A stretch of DNA of 64,000 nucleotides from Owenia fusiformis (Eukaryota), in NCBI GenBank assembly GCA_903813345.2, contig CAIIXF020000001.1:15686001-15750000 (forward strand). Reading direction: 5' to 3'. Positions 13,421-26,600 of this stretch are shown piece after piece. The notes under the pieces are model-generated. The model saw nothing but the letters and a program-made list of their open reading frames with translations. It was not told the DNA's origin and searched no databases. Both the position numbers and the translations under genes were made by a program. Position 1 is the first letter of the stretch, and every line of letters begins with the position of its first letter.

Positions 13421-15002
13421 CTATTTCAGTGTGCCACCCAGAAAAATGAAAAAGGTGTACTTGGGTAGGGGTATCAGTGAGTGTAAGCTTAAATTGCCAT
13501 CACAATTGCAATTGCTATGCAGGCAGGAATCGTAATTCCATTTGAATGTCATTATGAAGTCTATTGTTATTACTTAATTAATGGCATTTAAATTATGCAT
13601 TTGAACGCACTTTATGACAAAGGTAGACAGATAGGGAATATATCATAACACATAAACTCATTAATCAGAGCGTATATTACAGTATTATCACTTATGATGA
13701 TTGTAACTAGATTTATAAAAGATTCATATACAACTTACTTTAGTCTTTGAATTTGATGTCAGGCTTGAATGTTTTAACTGCTGTACTATTTTAGTATTAA
13801 CCAAGCTTGTATTCGCAAATGCAACTAACGCCTGTCGGCTACCAGATTAACCTACTATATTTCCATTTAAATATGAATAGTACTGCCACTATTCCATTAT
13901 ATATTTAAATGAGTTGGTCGTGATGATATGATGTTTTAAAATTGAATTCAATTTTGCCCTATAAAATATACTATAAACGTACAATATACCAACGTCTGAA
14001 AACGGCCAAAATTCGTGGAGGGGAGATATATATAATATGGGAGATAAATATAATATATCTGCAAGATTTATTTTTCCATGAGATTCTAATATACAAAATT
14101 TAATAATCAAATGAAGATCTAGGAGACGCGAGATGGTAAAATCAGTGTTATGTCATGTTTTAAATTTTTAACTGTTACGCATATGTAGGCATGTATGCTT
14201 CTAACCTAAAGAATGAGATTTATTGGAAAAGACTGATCGCCACCATCATAGACGTAGCCAGTACGGGCGAAAATATAACCATTAGATAGAGGAAGAAAAG
14301 AGCTTTAAAGTCCCCGATAAATCGGGCTACGTATACCGCCGTGTTTACATAAGGGGATTAGAAGAGTTTATTTTTTATTTAGGTATGCAAGCTATATCAA
14401 TATTAGGCCTTCATGCATGTACCCGTGTGTACAATTAGCATGCCCTTCAATATTATTAAACCAGGCTATTCAAGTACTAACATAATGTATACTATTTATG
14501 TGTGTACTACATGGGAATACAGTTCCCTGGGAAACAAAACACAAATACTTTTTATATGTTCAAAATGAGCCATTTGACCGATGCATACACTTAATAGCTT
14601 CATAAACAATATCTACAAAGTATATCTAATAGTAATTTTCAATTTCAATGGTGAAACTTGCCTGGTTACGATAATACGGGAAATCACCACGGGACGATGA
14701 TTGCTCACCTGCCTGGCTTACCTCTGAAGCCTGTACCCTGTAATCTCTTTATATAGGTTAGCGAGAGCGCTGCGCCTGCGCAGTTTTAAACTTTGGCGCA
14801 CACTTTAAAATGCTATTTATTTGAATCTTCTAGTAGTCCCCGATCTGATTTCCAAAAGGGCTCTAGAAAAGGGGTTTTGTTGTCCGGTACTTTCCCACAT
14901 AAAATGATTGTACCGTTTGAAAGAACAGACTTCCCTCTTAAAGAAAACACCTCTTCTATTGATGTAAACAGGGGCAAAAGGCACCAAAACGGGGTTAGAC
15001 AA

Positions 15003-15337
15003 CACTGGCGGATTAGGGGGGGGGGGGGGGGGCTGGGGGCCCGGGCCCCCCCCCCCTTGGGTGGGCCCAGAAAAAAAAATTGGGCCCAAAAAAAATTTGG
15101 GCCAAAAAAGGCCTTAAGGCTCCCAAAAAGTCGGCCTTTTTGGTCATTACTGGGCCTTTTAAGGCCTTATTTTTTAAATTCAGGCCAAATTTTGAAGAAA
15201 ATTGGCCTCAAAATTTCAAAATTTGGGCCCACTTTTGCGTTTTAGGGGCCCAAAATTTTTTTCCACGCAAGCGCGGACTTTTTTTCTCTGACCTGAAATT
15301 TGGGCCCCCCCCTTGTTGGTTCCCAGATCCGCCCCTG
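15003..15337. mobile_element. GC-rich MITE (CACTGGCGGAT...ATCCGCCCCTG) with 5-bp TSD GACAA, inserted in the left arm of Academ #1
   Basis: GACAA at 14998-15002 and 15338-15342; the right arm shows the empty site (~19405-19420). Confidence 0.85.
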
Positions 15338-17530
15338 GACAAGGTGGCATTCTGAAGTCTCACTTTCTTGTCATCACGATTCCAGGTAAACCATAAGACG
15401 GATTTACTTCAAATTTTCACACATGTTACATGGTAAGAAGTTCTAGAGCTGATTAACTTTGCGGCGGCCATCTTGCATTCTGGCGGCCATCTTGGAATTT
15501 TTTTCAGATAAATATTGTCATCGCGATTCCACAAAAACCACATAACAGATTTACTTCAAATGTTCACACATGTAACATGGTAAAAAGTCCTAGACCTCAT
15601 TATTTTTTCACACATATTACATGGTAAGAAGTTCTAGAGCTAATTAACCTTTCGGTGGCCATCTTGCATTCTGGCGGCCATCTTGGAAGTTTTTTGGATA
15701 AATCTTGTCATTGTGATTCCAGGAAAACCACTTTACTGATTTTCTTGAAACATTTACACATGTTACAAGGAAGGTTACATGCTACCTTTTATATTGATAT
15801 AAACAGGGGCAAAAGGCAGTAAAGTGGGGTTACACAGGGTGGTATTCTAAGGAGAATGTTATCTATATTTCTGTATTTTAAACCACATAATTTGACATAA
15901 ATGCATATTTGGTACATATGATATCATGTTTTATATTGATAGAAACATGGGCAAGAGGCGCTACAATGGGGTAACACATGGTGATATTCTAAAATACATA
16001 TTTTTACTCTGCTTCTGTACTTTATACCACTTAAATGCATTTTGTGTATGACATCGATTGATTTTTAGAATAAATAACTACATTTCATCAAAAAGAAAAA
16101 AGATTATTGAAAACGTCAAACATTTCTTTGAAATCCATTATTGCACAGTGATTTTTGAGAGCGAAATGTATGCTAAATTGGCCTTGATCTGAGTATATAA
16201 CAGAATTAAAGCTCTTTTAAACGAAAATGTAAATGTGTGGAAAACCTTTCACTGTGCATCATGTCAACAAAATGTTCTTCATGCAGTTGAATTATCTTCT
16301 GGACAGGTGATCACACAGAAGGAGAGACCTGCGTATCATATCCTTACTAAATATAATAAAAAATGACAAATGAGAAAGGAAAAAAGGGTAAAGCAACCTA
16401 GTGGGAAAAGCAAACTGTAAAGTGTAAAACTGGCAAACAAAAATCAAACCTGAATATCCCAAGACAATAATCTAATATGGGAATAAACAGCATCCACACC
16501 GTTCAATGACCAATTCCTCATCAACGACCACAACTCCGAGGGACATTCCATTCATACTGAAGTCATTAAAATACATGTTGAAGAAAAATTGAAAATAATG
16601 ATAACCAATACTCATAAGATCAAAAATAGTTGTAGATACTAGTTCTCACAAAAGCTGCAGACAACGTTTCTTCATCGGGAAAGCAAGCTGTCTCTTAGTC
16701 AGATATTAACTAACGAGCTGGTTCAGAGCACCAGCATGTCAAACTATGTGAATGGGCTCTGTATCCACAATGTTGCGAGTTCGAGATACATGTGCTCTTT
16801 GTTTTTAATAATCAACAAAAATCACTTAAACCTGCACTAAAACTGTGTGTCAGATCGATATAAGTATAGGGTTTGGAAACTAATTGTACCAACAAAAAGA
16901 ACTTAAAAAACACTGCTACAATATCAACATAAGCTTTCAATAGTAGTGACGATGCAGAAACATGCAAAATGTCACCACACCTCGTTAAGTATACAGTACA
17001 CATTAACTACTGAACAGTGTCAAGATAAACGTTCGAAGCTATTACAATATGTCACCCAATCACTAGTGGTGGTGACATAAAAATAATGTATAGAAAAATC
17101 TACTGAACCAAAATAAACTTTGTGATAGAAGAACTGATTGTTTACTCTAAGTTTTCAACTAAATATATTTCTAATAAGCAATGTTTTATCGAAAAGAAAA
17201 AATAATTTCATGTTATATAAAATCAAATAAATTAATTATATTTTTTTCGTTGTGTTATTTACACCAGTAATAATAAACCTGTTTATAAAGTGGTGTTAAC
17301 TAGACTATATAATTTAACAGTCATAAAAGTAATAATAAACCTGTTTATAAAGTGGTCTTAACAAGACTATAGAATTTAACAGTCATAAAACCTAAAAAAA
17401 TATACCAGGAAGGGACCATTGTGAATGTAAATGTATAAAGCATGGAGTATAGATCATGATATAACATGACATAGTATGCCTTACAACTCATCCTCCCTAA
17501 CATTATTAAAGACTACTAAAGTATATTATA

Positions 17531-18003
17531 GTGATCCACTCGATTATGCTGGTTACCTAAACGGTTTGTTTTGGTAACAAAATGTGGGAACATCGAAGGT
17601 ATGATTTTTCCTTTTTCCTTTCACACTTTGTAGGCAGAATTCCCACGACATTTTTTCTCACAAACGTGTATCAGTATCATATGTTTAAGAAAATGTTCAT
17701 ATTTGCAAACAAATAGTTCAGAAGACAACATAATCGTACATTTAATTCCTCACTTAAGTTACATAAACGGTATTTCGAAAAAACAGTTCAGATCTGCACT
17801 TTTAACCCAAACCTTTATGTAACTTAAGTTAGGAATTAAATCGACGATTCTGTCGTCTTCTGAGCTATTTTTCGCAAACATGTACATTTTCTAAGACATA
17901 TGATACTGATTCACGTTTGTGAGAAAAAACGTCGAGAGGATTCTGCCTACAACGCATGAAATAAGGAATAAGGACAAATCGTACCTGTAATCGAGCGGAT
18001 CAC
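17531..18003. mobile_element. MITE nested inside Academ #1
   Basis: gtgatccactcgatta / taatcgagcggatcac termini; long internal inversion (17620-17765 vs 17815-17960). Confidence 0.65.
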
Positions 18004-18028
18004 CAGTGTATATACAGGGTGAGATAAT

Positions 18029-18516
18029 TCATATTATGGCATCAACTTTGACAAGTTGGTTCATCCAGTTGTCAGGTAAGGGATTTTCAGGTAATTCATT
18101 TTCTTCCTGATCTTCAACGTTTGGTGTAATGGTGTCATCAACTGGTTCAAATTCATTGTCGCTCTCATCAACATCATCGTGCTGATGGGTTGGACAGTTC
18201 TCACACACACCTTTGCGGCACTTACATGAACTTCCACAAATGAGATCCTGTTTCTTACAACTACATCTCATTGAGTCACACGCTCCTTTACAACTACAAG
18301 CAACAAGCTCCATTATTTCTTGTGGGCCAGGATCGTTTTCCATCCACTTAATTTGTAGTTTATTCCCTTTGAATGTCCAACCATGTAATGTGGGGGATTG
18401 ATAATCAATCATTGATTTGCCTGCGTTTCGCCAAATATAGGCCTGATAGTTGGCTCTATTTATATGGAGAATGAGAGCATCCTTTGTTGGTGGTAAATGC
18501 TTTGACTGTATTTTAT
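18029..18516 (-). pseudogene. C-terminal fragment of Academ-type transposase/nuclease protein with Cys8 (CXC) zinc finger
   Basis: KHLPPTKDALILHINRANYQAYIWRNA...PTLHGW...CSCKGACDSMRCSCKKQDLICGSSCKC; the 5' part is replaced by the arm repeats. Confidence 0.8.
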
Positions 18517-20548
18517 ATTTATCTACAAACTTCCAAGATGGCCGCCAGAATGCAAGATGGCTATCGGAAAGTTAATCAGCTCTATAACTTCTTACCATGT
18601 AACATGTGTGAAAATTTGAAGTAAAACTGTTACGTGGTTTTCATGGAATCGTGATGACAAGATTTATCTAAAAACTTCCAAGATGGCCGACGGAATAAAA
18701 CATGGGCACCGAAAAGTTAGTCAGCTCTAGAACTTCATACCATGTAACATGTGTGAAAATTCGAAGGAAAACTGTGAAGTGGTTTTTCTGGAATCGTAAT
18801 TACAAGATTTATCTATAAACCTTCCAAAATGGCCGCCAGAATGCAAGATGGCCACTGAAAAGTTAATCAGCTCTAGAACTTCATACCATGTAACATGTGT
18901 GAAAATTTGAAGTTAATCTGTTAGGTTGTTTTCCTGGAATCACGATGACAAGATTTATCCCAAAATTCCAAGATGGCCACCAGAATGCAAGATGGCTGCC
19001 GAAAAGTTATTCACCTCTATATTTTCTTACCATGTAACATGTGTGGAAATTTGAAGTAAATCCGTTTGGATTTCCTGAAATCGTGATGACAAGATTTATC
19101 TTAAAACTTCAAAGATGGCTGCCAGAATGCAAGATGGCCACCGAAAAAATAATGAGGTGTAGGACTTTTTACCATGTAACATGTGTGAACATTTGAAGTA
19201 CATCTGTTATGTGGTTTTTGTGGAATCGTGATGACAATATTTATCTGAAAAAAATTCCAAGATGGCCGCCAGAATGCAAGATGGCCGCCGCAAAGTTAAT
19301 CAGCTCTAGAACTTCTTACCATGTAACATGTGTGAAAACTTGAAGTAAATCCGTCTGATGGTTTACCTGGAATCGTGATGACAAGAAAGTGAGACTTCAG
19401 AATGCCACCTTGTCTAACCCCGTTTTGGTGCCTTTTGCCCCTGTTTACATCAATAGAAGAGGTGTTTTCTTTATGAGGGAAGTCTGTTCTTTCAAACGGT
19501 ACAATCATTTTATGTGGGAAAGTACCGGACAACAAAACTTTTTTTCAGAGGGTCCAGATCAGGGACTATAGCTCATTTTGAAGGAAGTTACATAATTTTG
19601 TAAAATTCAAAACAAATCTTAATCTTTTGTGGGATGCTTATGCCACGATCACAACCGCTGGCTGAAAACCGAAAAAAATCTTGCAAAAGTTAAATACAAC
19701 ACACTGAATTTTTATTATGAACATATCTACACAGTAATAACTGCCTTCTTTATGAAATAAACCACAATGTAGATGTTTCATATACATGAGAAGTGATTGG
19801 GGTAAAAGTTTTAAAATTACATCAATGATTGTTCAATCTAAAAATTGGTGTCTTTGGATAGGTATTTTTCATTGTAGTTTAGTCTTAGGCTGTAGTAATT
19901 CAATTCTATGTTATTCAAACACTTTTATTCCATGCAGCTCTATTTGTACAAAAACTGGTCTTCCTAGAGGCGCAGTGATAATTTACAATTATTTACAATA
20001 CTAGTATGCACAATTAATACAAACACATCAAGTTTGTTCCGAAGAAGTAAACCATTGTATGAAATGCTATTCTTATAAATATCTCAAAGTTAACATAATT
20101 TCCTTCGGTGGAAGGTCGGAAGGATGAACCTTCTTTCCTATCATACACAGATTATTTTGATCCATCAACATATTACAAACCTTGATGTATATGACCAGTT
20201 CCCTTTTGACTGAAGGAAAAACACTGATTTAGCTGAGTATGCCACATGTAGATTACACTTATTTTTCTCTCAAAATGGATAATCTGTGCTAAAATCATAC
20301 ACATATAATTCAGAAACCTTTAATTTATTTACCCTTGCCTTAGTCGATGTTCCTAAGTGAATGGTCTCAGACAATATGATTGTCAGTGCAGTATTACACT
20401 GTAGCTATTCCAGCACATCAGATAAGTACTGAACGAACAAATAATCCTGGCTGATATCCTGTCCTATGGTCCAACTATACACATTTTGATTCAAAAAGTT
20501 TTCAAAGTAAATCTACGAGACATGTTCCTTATACTTTTGACGTGTGGT

Positions 20549-20651
20549 TTAATTTGCTGAATGAATAAATAAATGAAAGCCATTCTCTGACCTCATAACA
20601 ATCTCTGGTTTGTAAATTGGTTGATTGTCCTCATCAATTTCAAATCGAAAC
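20549..20651 (-). CDS. CYP4: CYP4 coding exon 11 (terminal)
   Basis: FRFEIDEDNQPIYKPEIVMRSENGFHLFIHSAN*. Confidence 0.9.
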
Positions 20652-23600
20652 CTGCAAAACAATACAATCATTATATCTAAGCGCTACACTCTTAATGAAC
20701 AGTAAAAGCTGCAACTTCACTTTCTAGATTATCATGTCCTTAACTTGTATCAAATTAACTTGTAATGTCCTCTTTTGACAGTTTGAAAATCAAAAATCAC
20801 GCGGAAACTTACTTGTGGATAAGCCTAGCTGTAATGACCTTCAGCTCATTCAGAGCAAAGTTCTTTCCTATGCAATTTCTGGAAAAAACAAAAATTAAAT
20901 ATGCTACCACAAGAAAGAAACACAATGTACAGGGGGAAATTAAATCTTAGCTATACTACTCAAAAAACAATAGTAAGATCCAGCTATACAAAAATATCAG
21001 GATTTATATTTGTAAAGGTGTGTGAATAGATGGATGGAGTTTCATTGAGAATACATAATATGGAGTGTTATTTGGTTAACAAAAAATATAAAAGCTAACC
21101 TAGACCCAGCAGAAAAAGGCACATAGGCAAATGGATCAAGCTGCTGGACCTCTTTTGTTAAGAATCTCTCTGGCTTGAATTCCTGAAAGAAAACATTAAT
21201 GTGATAGAACATATATTTTACCGAGGGCCTGTACATGCTATCCTTTCAATCTTGCTCAATAAGTTCATCTAAGGGAACATTTATTTCGCAGCCTCTTTTA
21301 TAAGTCAACATCATTGGACAAATTGTTTTTGTGATCAAGAGGGACAAAGGGTTTTATACAGTTAGAGTCTATAGAACTGAAACATTTTAATTTGTAACAA
21401 AAGATACCAGTACTGTAAAATCAACATCAGTAACAAAATCCATCTTTCAAGCAGAATTTCTCTCTATGGGAAAAATTGTTCATCTGCCACTCTTGCAAAT
21501 AATGTAAACATGCTTTTTTTTTTTTTTTTTTTTTATAATTTTTTTATTTCAAAGAATAAGCATGTTAAAGCAACTGCAAAAAACAATTACAGTACAGTTA
21601 CATGTAATCCTACATTTAACAATTTTACAATACAGTACAGTGGTTAAATATTTCGTCTTAAGAGACGTTATACCATTGGCATTTTTTTTATTTATTTAAA
21701 GGAAAAAATCATCAGTTTCATTTGTTTAATTTTGTTTCCATGATTTTCCACTTATCGCCTCTGCCAACCCGTTTGTCCATAATAAAATATTCCTTCACAT
21801 TACTTATAAAACCTTTAAGTGTTGGTTTTAGCATAGAATATTTGCACAAATAAACATACCTTTTAAAAATACATAGCATATTATTTAAGATGATTGTCTT
21901 CTCATTTATACTCTCAGGTCCTATCAATACATTTTGTTTAGTGCATAGCAATGTGAGCTCTAAAGGAAGCCATTGTTTAATGTCATTTAATACGGCACTT
22001 ACAATAGTACATTCATACAGAAGATGGCAAATCGTTTCAGGATTTGCTTTACAAAAAGTGCAAATGTTTGACTCTACGAGTCCACACATTTTTAAGTATG
22101 TATTAGTTGCTAAAAATCTGTGAAGGACTTTATAAGTGAAGGATGATAACTTAGGTTCATAGTTACTCAGTTTGTTAAGTTTATTTATCTTCTTCCAATC
22201 ATTTTGATTGAGTGACAAATTCAGATCTTTATTCCATCCTTCTATATATTTTGAATTCTTTTCTAAATTCTGAACAAATTCCCAGTATATTATTTTACTA
22301 ATCTTTGACTGAGTAAGGAACTTTTGTACGTGTGCTTTATTTCTTGTGTGGAGTCAATAAGGGGAGGCATCGAAAGATCGATGTCAGTTTAGAAATTTAA
22401 CTAATTAAGTTTGGGGTTGGGGTTTCAATACATTGAACTTTTGATGCCTCCTTTAACATACCATGGCATCATCCCCCCATGTTTTCTTATTATGATGTAA
22501 GGTATAAAGCCTCAGGTCCAGGAGTGTGTCAGGAAGTATTTCTACACCATTGACCATCATCTTCTCCTTGACAATCCTGCTTATGGCCACAGCAGGTGTA
22601 TGCATTCGTAGCACCTCTTTCACAACAAGAGACAAGGTTGTCAGCTTGCCTACATCTTCCCTACAAAAAATACAAAAGTACAATGTATACACTATTACGC
22701 ATGTCCTCTGCCTTGCCCAAGGTATTTTTTACTTATCCTGATCTGGTCATAATAGAAATCAGGATGAGTAAAAGAGGCCGACTTGGGCAAGGCTAGCATG
22801 CAGGGTGACTTTTAACTTTCTTTTGCCATTGTTCTGATGTTTTACAAATATTCTGAATTCTAATATTTTTTATTTACTCAAGATCATCAACATCAAAGGT
22901 AGTACTCATGTCTTAGTACTCACGTCTTACAGAAGTGTAATTTTGTATATTTTACAGAGTAAGCCAAAATGTTGACCCTTTTTAATCTGACAAGGCATTA
23001 ACATGCAAAATGTCACCACCTGCCATTTGTTACAGATGCTGACTGCCAAATGCTGTTACTTGTGGTGGGGACATAATAACTTTAAAAGTATAAATGACAT
23101 CTACTTAATTTATTAGTGGGTTTATTGGCAGATATATTGTACAAAATTTTATAAAACCAAGAGCAAGTGAGCATTCATCAGTAGTATTCATTAACCACCT
23201 ATCACATTTGTGTGGATTTCTGTGAAATCATGGATCATCGACCTGTGAAATGAAACCAATACCAAAAATATACTTGTAAAGTAATTTGAAATAATTTGAG
23301 GTCAACTTTTCAGATCACCCTGTACATACTGATTACAAAAGGAAAAAATCAACAAATTGAAAATAATAGTCTGTAATATATTGAAAGGTATCATGTTTTA
23401 TTAATATACTGATTAGTAAGAGGTAAGTGATAGTGTTGAATCTAGGATAAGGTTAAATGCTGAACAATCCAAAGCAATCTAAAACCAATAATATCACAAT
23501 TCAAGGTTCAACAAGGATATTCTACCAAGTAATTTCATCACTGCCAGTGGATGCCAGAATGTTTGAGACCTCCTCTCGTACTTTGTCCTGCCAAACTTGG

Positions 23601-26600
23601 TTGCCAGCTAAACTGTGTAGGGTCCAACAGACAGCAGATGTGGTTGTGTCATGACCTATACCATATAACAGAAAATTGTTGTGTAATGATTTTAAATCCC
23701 CTCAGGGGCATCAAAGTTTCAGAATTATGTGAGGCAAGTTTAAATAGGCAAGGCAAAACTAGCCAAAGAAGATATATAATACTTTTATGTGATAATAATT
23801 GAATTTTGATATTTGTCTGCCTCATAACCTGCAGCATTTAAAAAAAGGCATCAATTATTAAAAATGCAAAATGTCACTAACTTACAGACACTGACCGCCG
23901 AATGCTGACAACCCAAAGCCAAACACCAACCACCAAATACTGTCAACAATAAATTTTGAGATTATAAAATATGTGACATTAAAACGATAGGTTACCTGCA
24001 AATAAAAATGTGTCAACTTGATGTCTTATTTCTTCATCAGAGAGTCCATTGCTATCATCATCTCTGGCTGAGAGCATAATGTCCAGGAAATCCAGATGTT
24101 TCTTGGTGGACTCACCTTCAGTTGATGCTTCTAACATCTTGAACAAACGGATGAGTAATTAATCCATGTCTCACTGTGCACAATTTGCATATTCATTTGG
24201 ATAATAAGTAAAAGGTAACTAGACAACAGCAACGCCAAAGTGTAGCAAATCCCATCAAATAGCCATGGCTGGGATTTTTAGAAACGAAGTATATAATAAA
24301 CATCGTAAAATAGCATATAATAAATGGCCACCATTTTCAAAATGGCCGCCTACTACCAAAAGTGTCATTAGACAATGTGCCATGCTTATAATATTCACAT
24401 ACCAAATATGAACAAAATCGCAAAATATGAACAAAATCAAAAAATCGGGCCAATGGTATTTGAGTTATCACCCAGACAGACGGACAGACAGACGGATGAA
24501 GAGAATTACGGACAGAGGGAGGCATTTCCCTATATCCCTCCGAACTTCGTTTGATGGGATAATAAAGCAAGTGACAGGTAATAAGGCATGTAACAGGTAA
24601 GAAAGCAAGTGACAGCTGGTAATAAAGCAAGTGACAGGTAATAAAGCAACTAGAGGGTAATAAAGCATGGACCAAGTAATAAAACAAGAAACAGGTAATA
24701 AAGCAAGTGACGTGTGATAAAGAAAGTGACAGGTAATAAAGCATGTAACAGGTAAGAAAGCAAGTGACATGTAATAAAGCAACTAGAGGGTAATAAAGCA
24801 TGTTATAACTAATAAAACAAGTAACGGGTAATAAAGCAAGTGACAGGTAATAAAGCAAGTGATGTGTTATAAAGAAAGTGACTGGTAATAAAGCAAGTGA
24901 CCCATAATAAAATTGACAGATAATAAAATAAATGATGGATAATAAAGCATGTAACAAGTAATAAAGCAAGTGACATGTAATAAAGCAAGTGCCAAGCAAT
25001 AAAACAAGTAACAGGTAAGATATGTGTAACAAAGCAAATAGCAGATAATAATGCAATAAAGTTTGATAGGTCTGAGAAAGCTAGGACAATACCAGAGTTA
25101 GATACAAGAGTACATCACATTGGTTAATTAAGAGATAAAGTCTTGCATCAGACCTACCTGTGCATCTCTTCTCTGTTTGATTAAATCCTCAGCAAACTGA
25201 TGGACATAGTCACAATATTTCCTGAATAATCTGCCATCTGAACTGAGATTGTATATTGTGTCACTGTAGTGGAATATGTTGCTGCAATAAATTGCATTGA
25301 ATGAAATTGCAAATAAATCAAAGATAAAGCACAGTAGCCAAAGGAGAACCCCAAAATGCATGAGAGAAATATCTAAAAAAAGGAAGATCAAAAGGCAGAA
25401 ATGGTTAATAAGGAGAAAAACCAAATGTCCAAACAAATTATCATGCATACAAATGAGAATAGTGCATGTTACAGTGCATGTTGCAACGCTCCTCCTCCCC
25501 ACTGAAGACATTACAATACATGTTGAAGATTAAGATGAAGATTAGATTTCTATATGAAACAGTATTTGAAAAATTTGAAAACTGAACTGTTGATGTTTTT
25601 AAATTACTTACAATGCTCTTTTGATGGACAATCTCCCCAGTTCCTCCAATGCATACACATATGGGTGAATGCCTCTGAAAAGCATATGTCAAACATTCAG
25701 CATATATCGTTAAATGCAATATTATTCATATAACCCAGATTTGGTTGAGAATAAACAACTTTAACTCGGCAGACAGAAACCATGGCTGCTTTAAAGTATC
25801 TTACCTTCATTTAACATCAGACTTTCATAAAAGGCCTTGAAAGGCTTGAATACTAATTGTAAAAGTCAAAAAGATTGTATGTTAAACATCCAAACACTTC
25901 TCAATTTGAACACTTTCATCCATGCCTATCTTTTAATCTACAACTAGATAACGGCAACTCCGCGGAGTAGCAAATCCCAACGAACAAAATATCAATTACC
26001 GAATTTCAATCAATTATACTCATTACTTTGGTTAAAATTGAAAAAATTAGATTTTAGAATTGCGAATTCCTGCAAAGCAGCCATTATGAATTTTCTGAGG
26101 TACAAATCTGAAAAATAATACCATAATTGTGATCTACTCCAAAAATCCTTCAATTTGAGTATAATATAGCCATACTTTGAAGGGATCGAAAAATTATTGC
26201 GAAATCGTACATTAGACGGCCATTTTGAATTTTACGAGGCTCGAATCAGAAAAAAGATACAATATTTGCAATCTACTCTTAATTGCCTTTCATTTGAGTA
26301 TAATAAAGCTATACTTCAGAAAGATCTAAAAATTAGCGAAAATTTCTGTTTTCCTGACCCCCAAACACGGCCCCTGGGGGTCAGGATGAAAAACACGGAA
26401 TATGTGTGAAATAGATAAATGTTGTGAATATACTACCAAAATTTCAAACAATAATATTAATTACTTTGGTTTGGAATGAAAAATTTATGATTTTTGCGAA
26501 AAAGTCCCGTCATTTTTAAAGTGGCGGCCATCTTGCGTAAAACTATTCACCAATATACATCTTTCCACTAAATATGGAGAAAATCCGTCTACTAGTATTC

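Larger units (their letters stand above)
14834..19568 (-). mobile_element. Internally deleted Academ-like DNA transposon #1
   Basis: Termini TAGTCCC...GGGACTA with TAG repeated on both flanks (3-bp TSD). Long inverted arms carry 146-bp tandem units. The interior holds a C-terminal protein remnant with LPPT..H..RANYQ..W and a Cys-rich finger. Confidence 0.8.

Noticed and set aside
14793..15355. Gly/Pro-rich ORFs
   Set aside because: Read through the transposon arm and the G/C homopolymers of a MITE
18029..18412. Host tesmin/metallothionein-like gene
   Set aside because: Lies within TIRs, is 5'-truncated and shares motifs with the second transposon remnant
24337..25056. 239-aa hydrophobic ORF
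   Set aside because: Translation of the 19-bp minisatellite and the HINE
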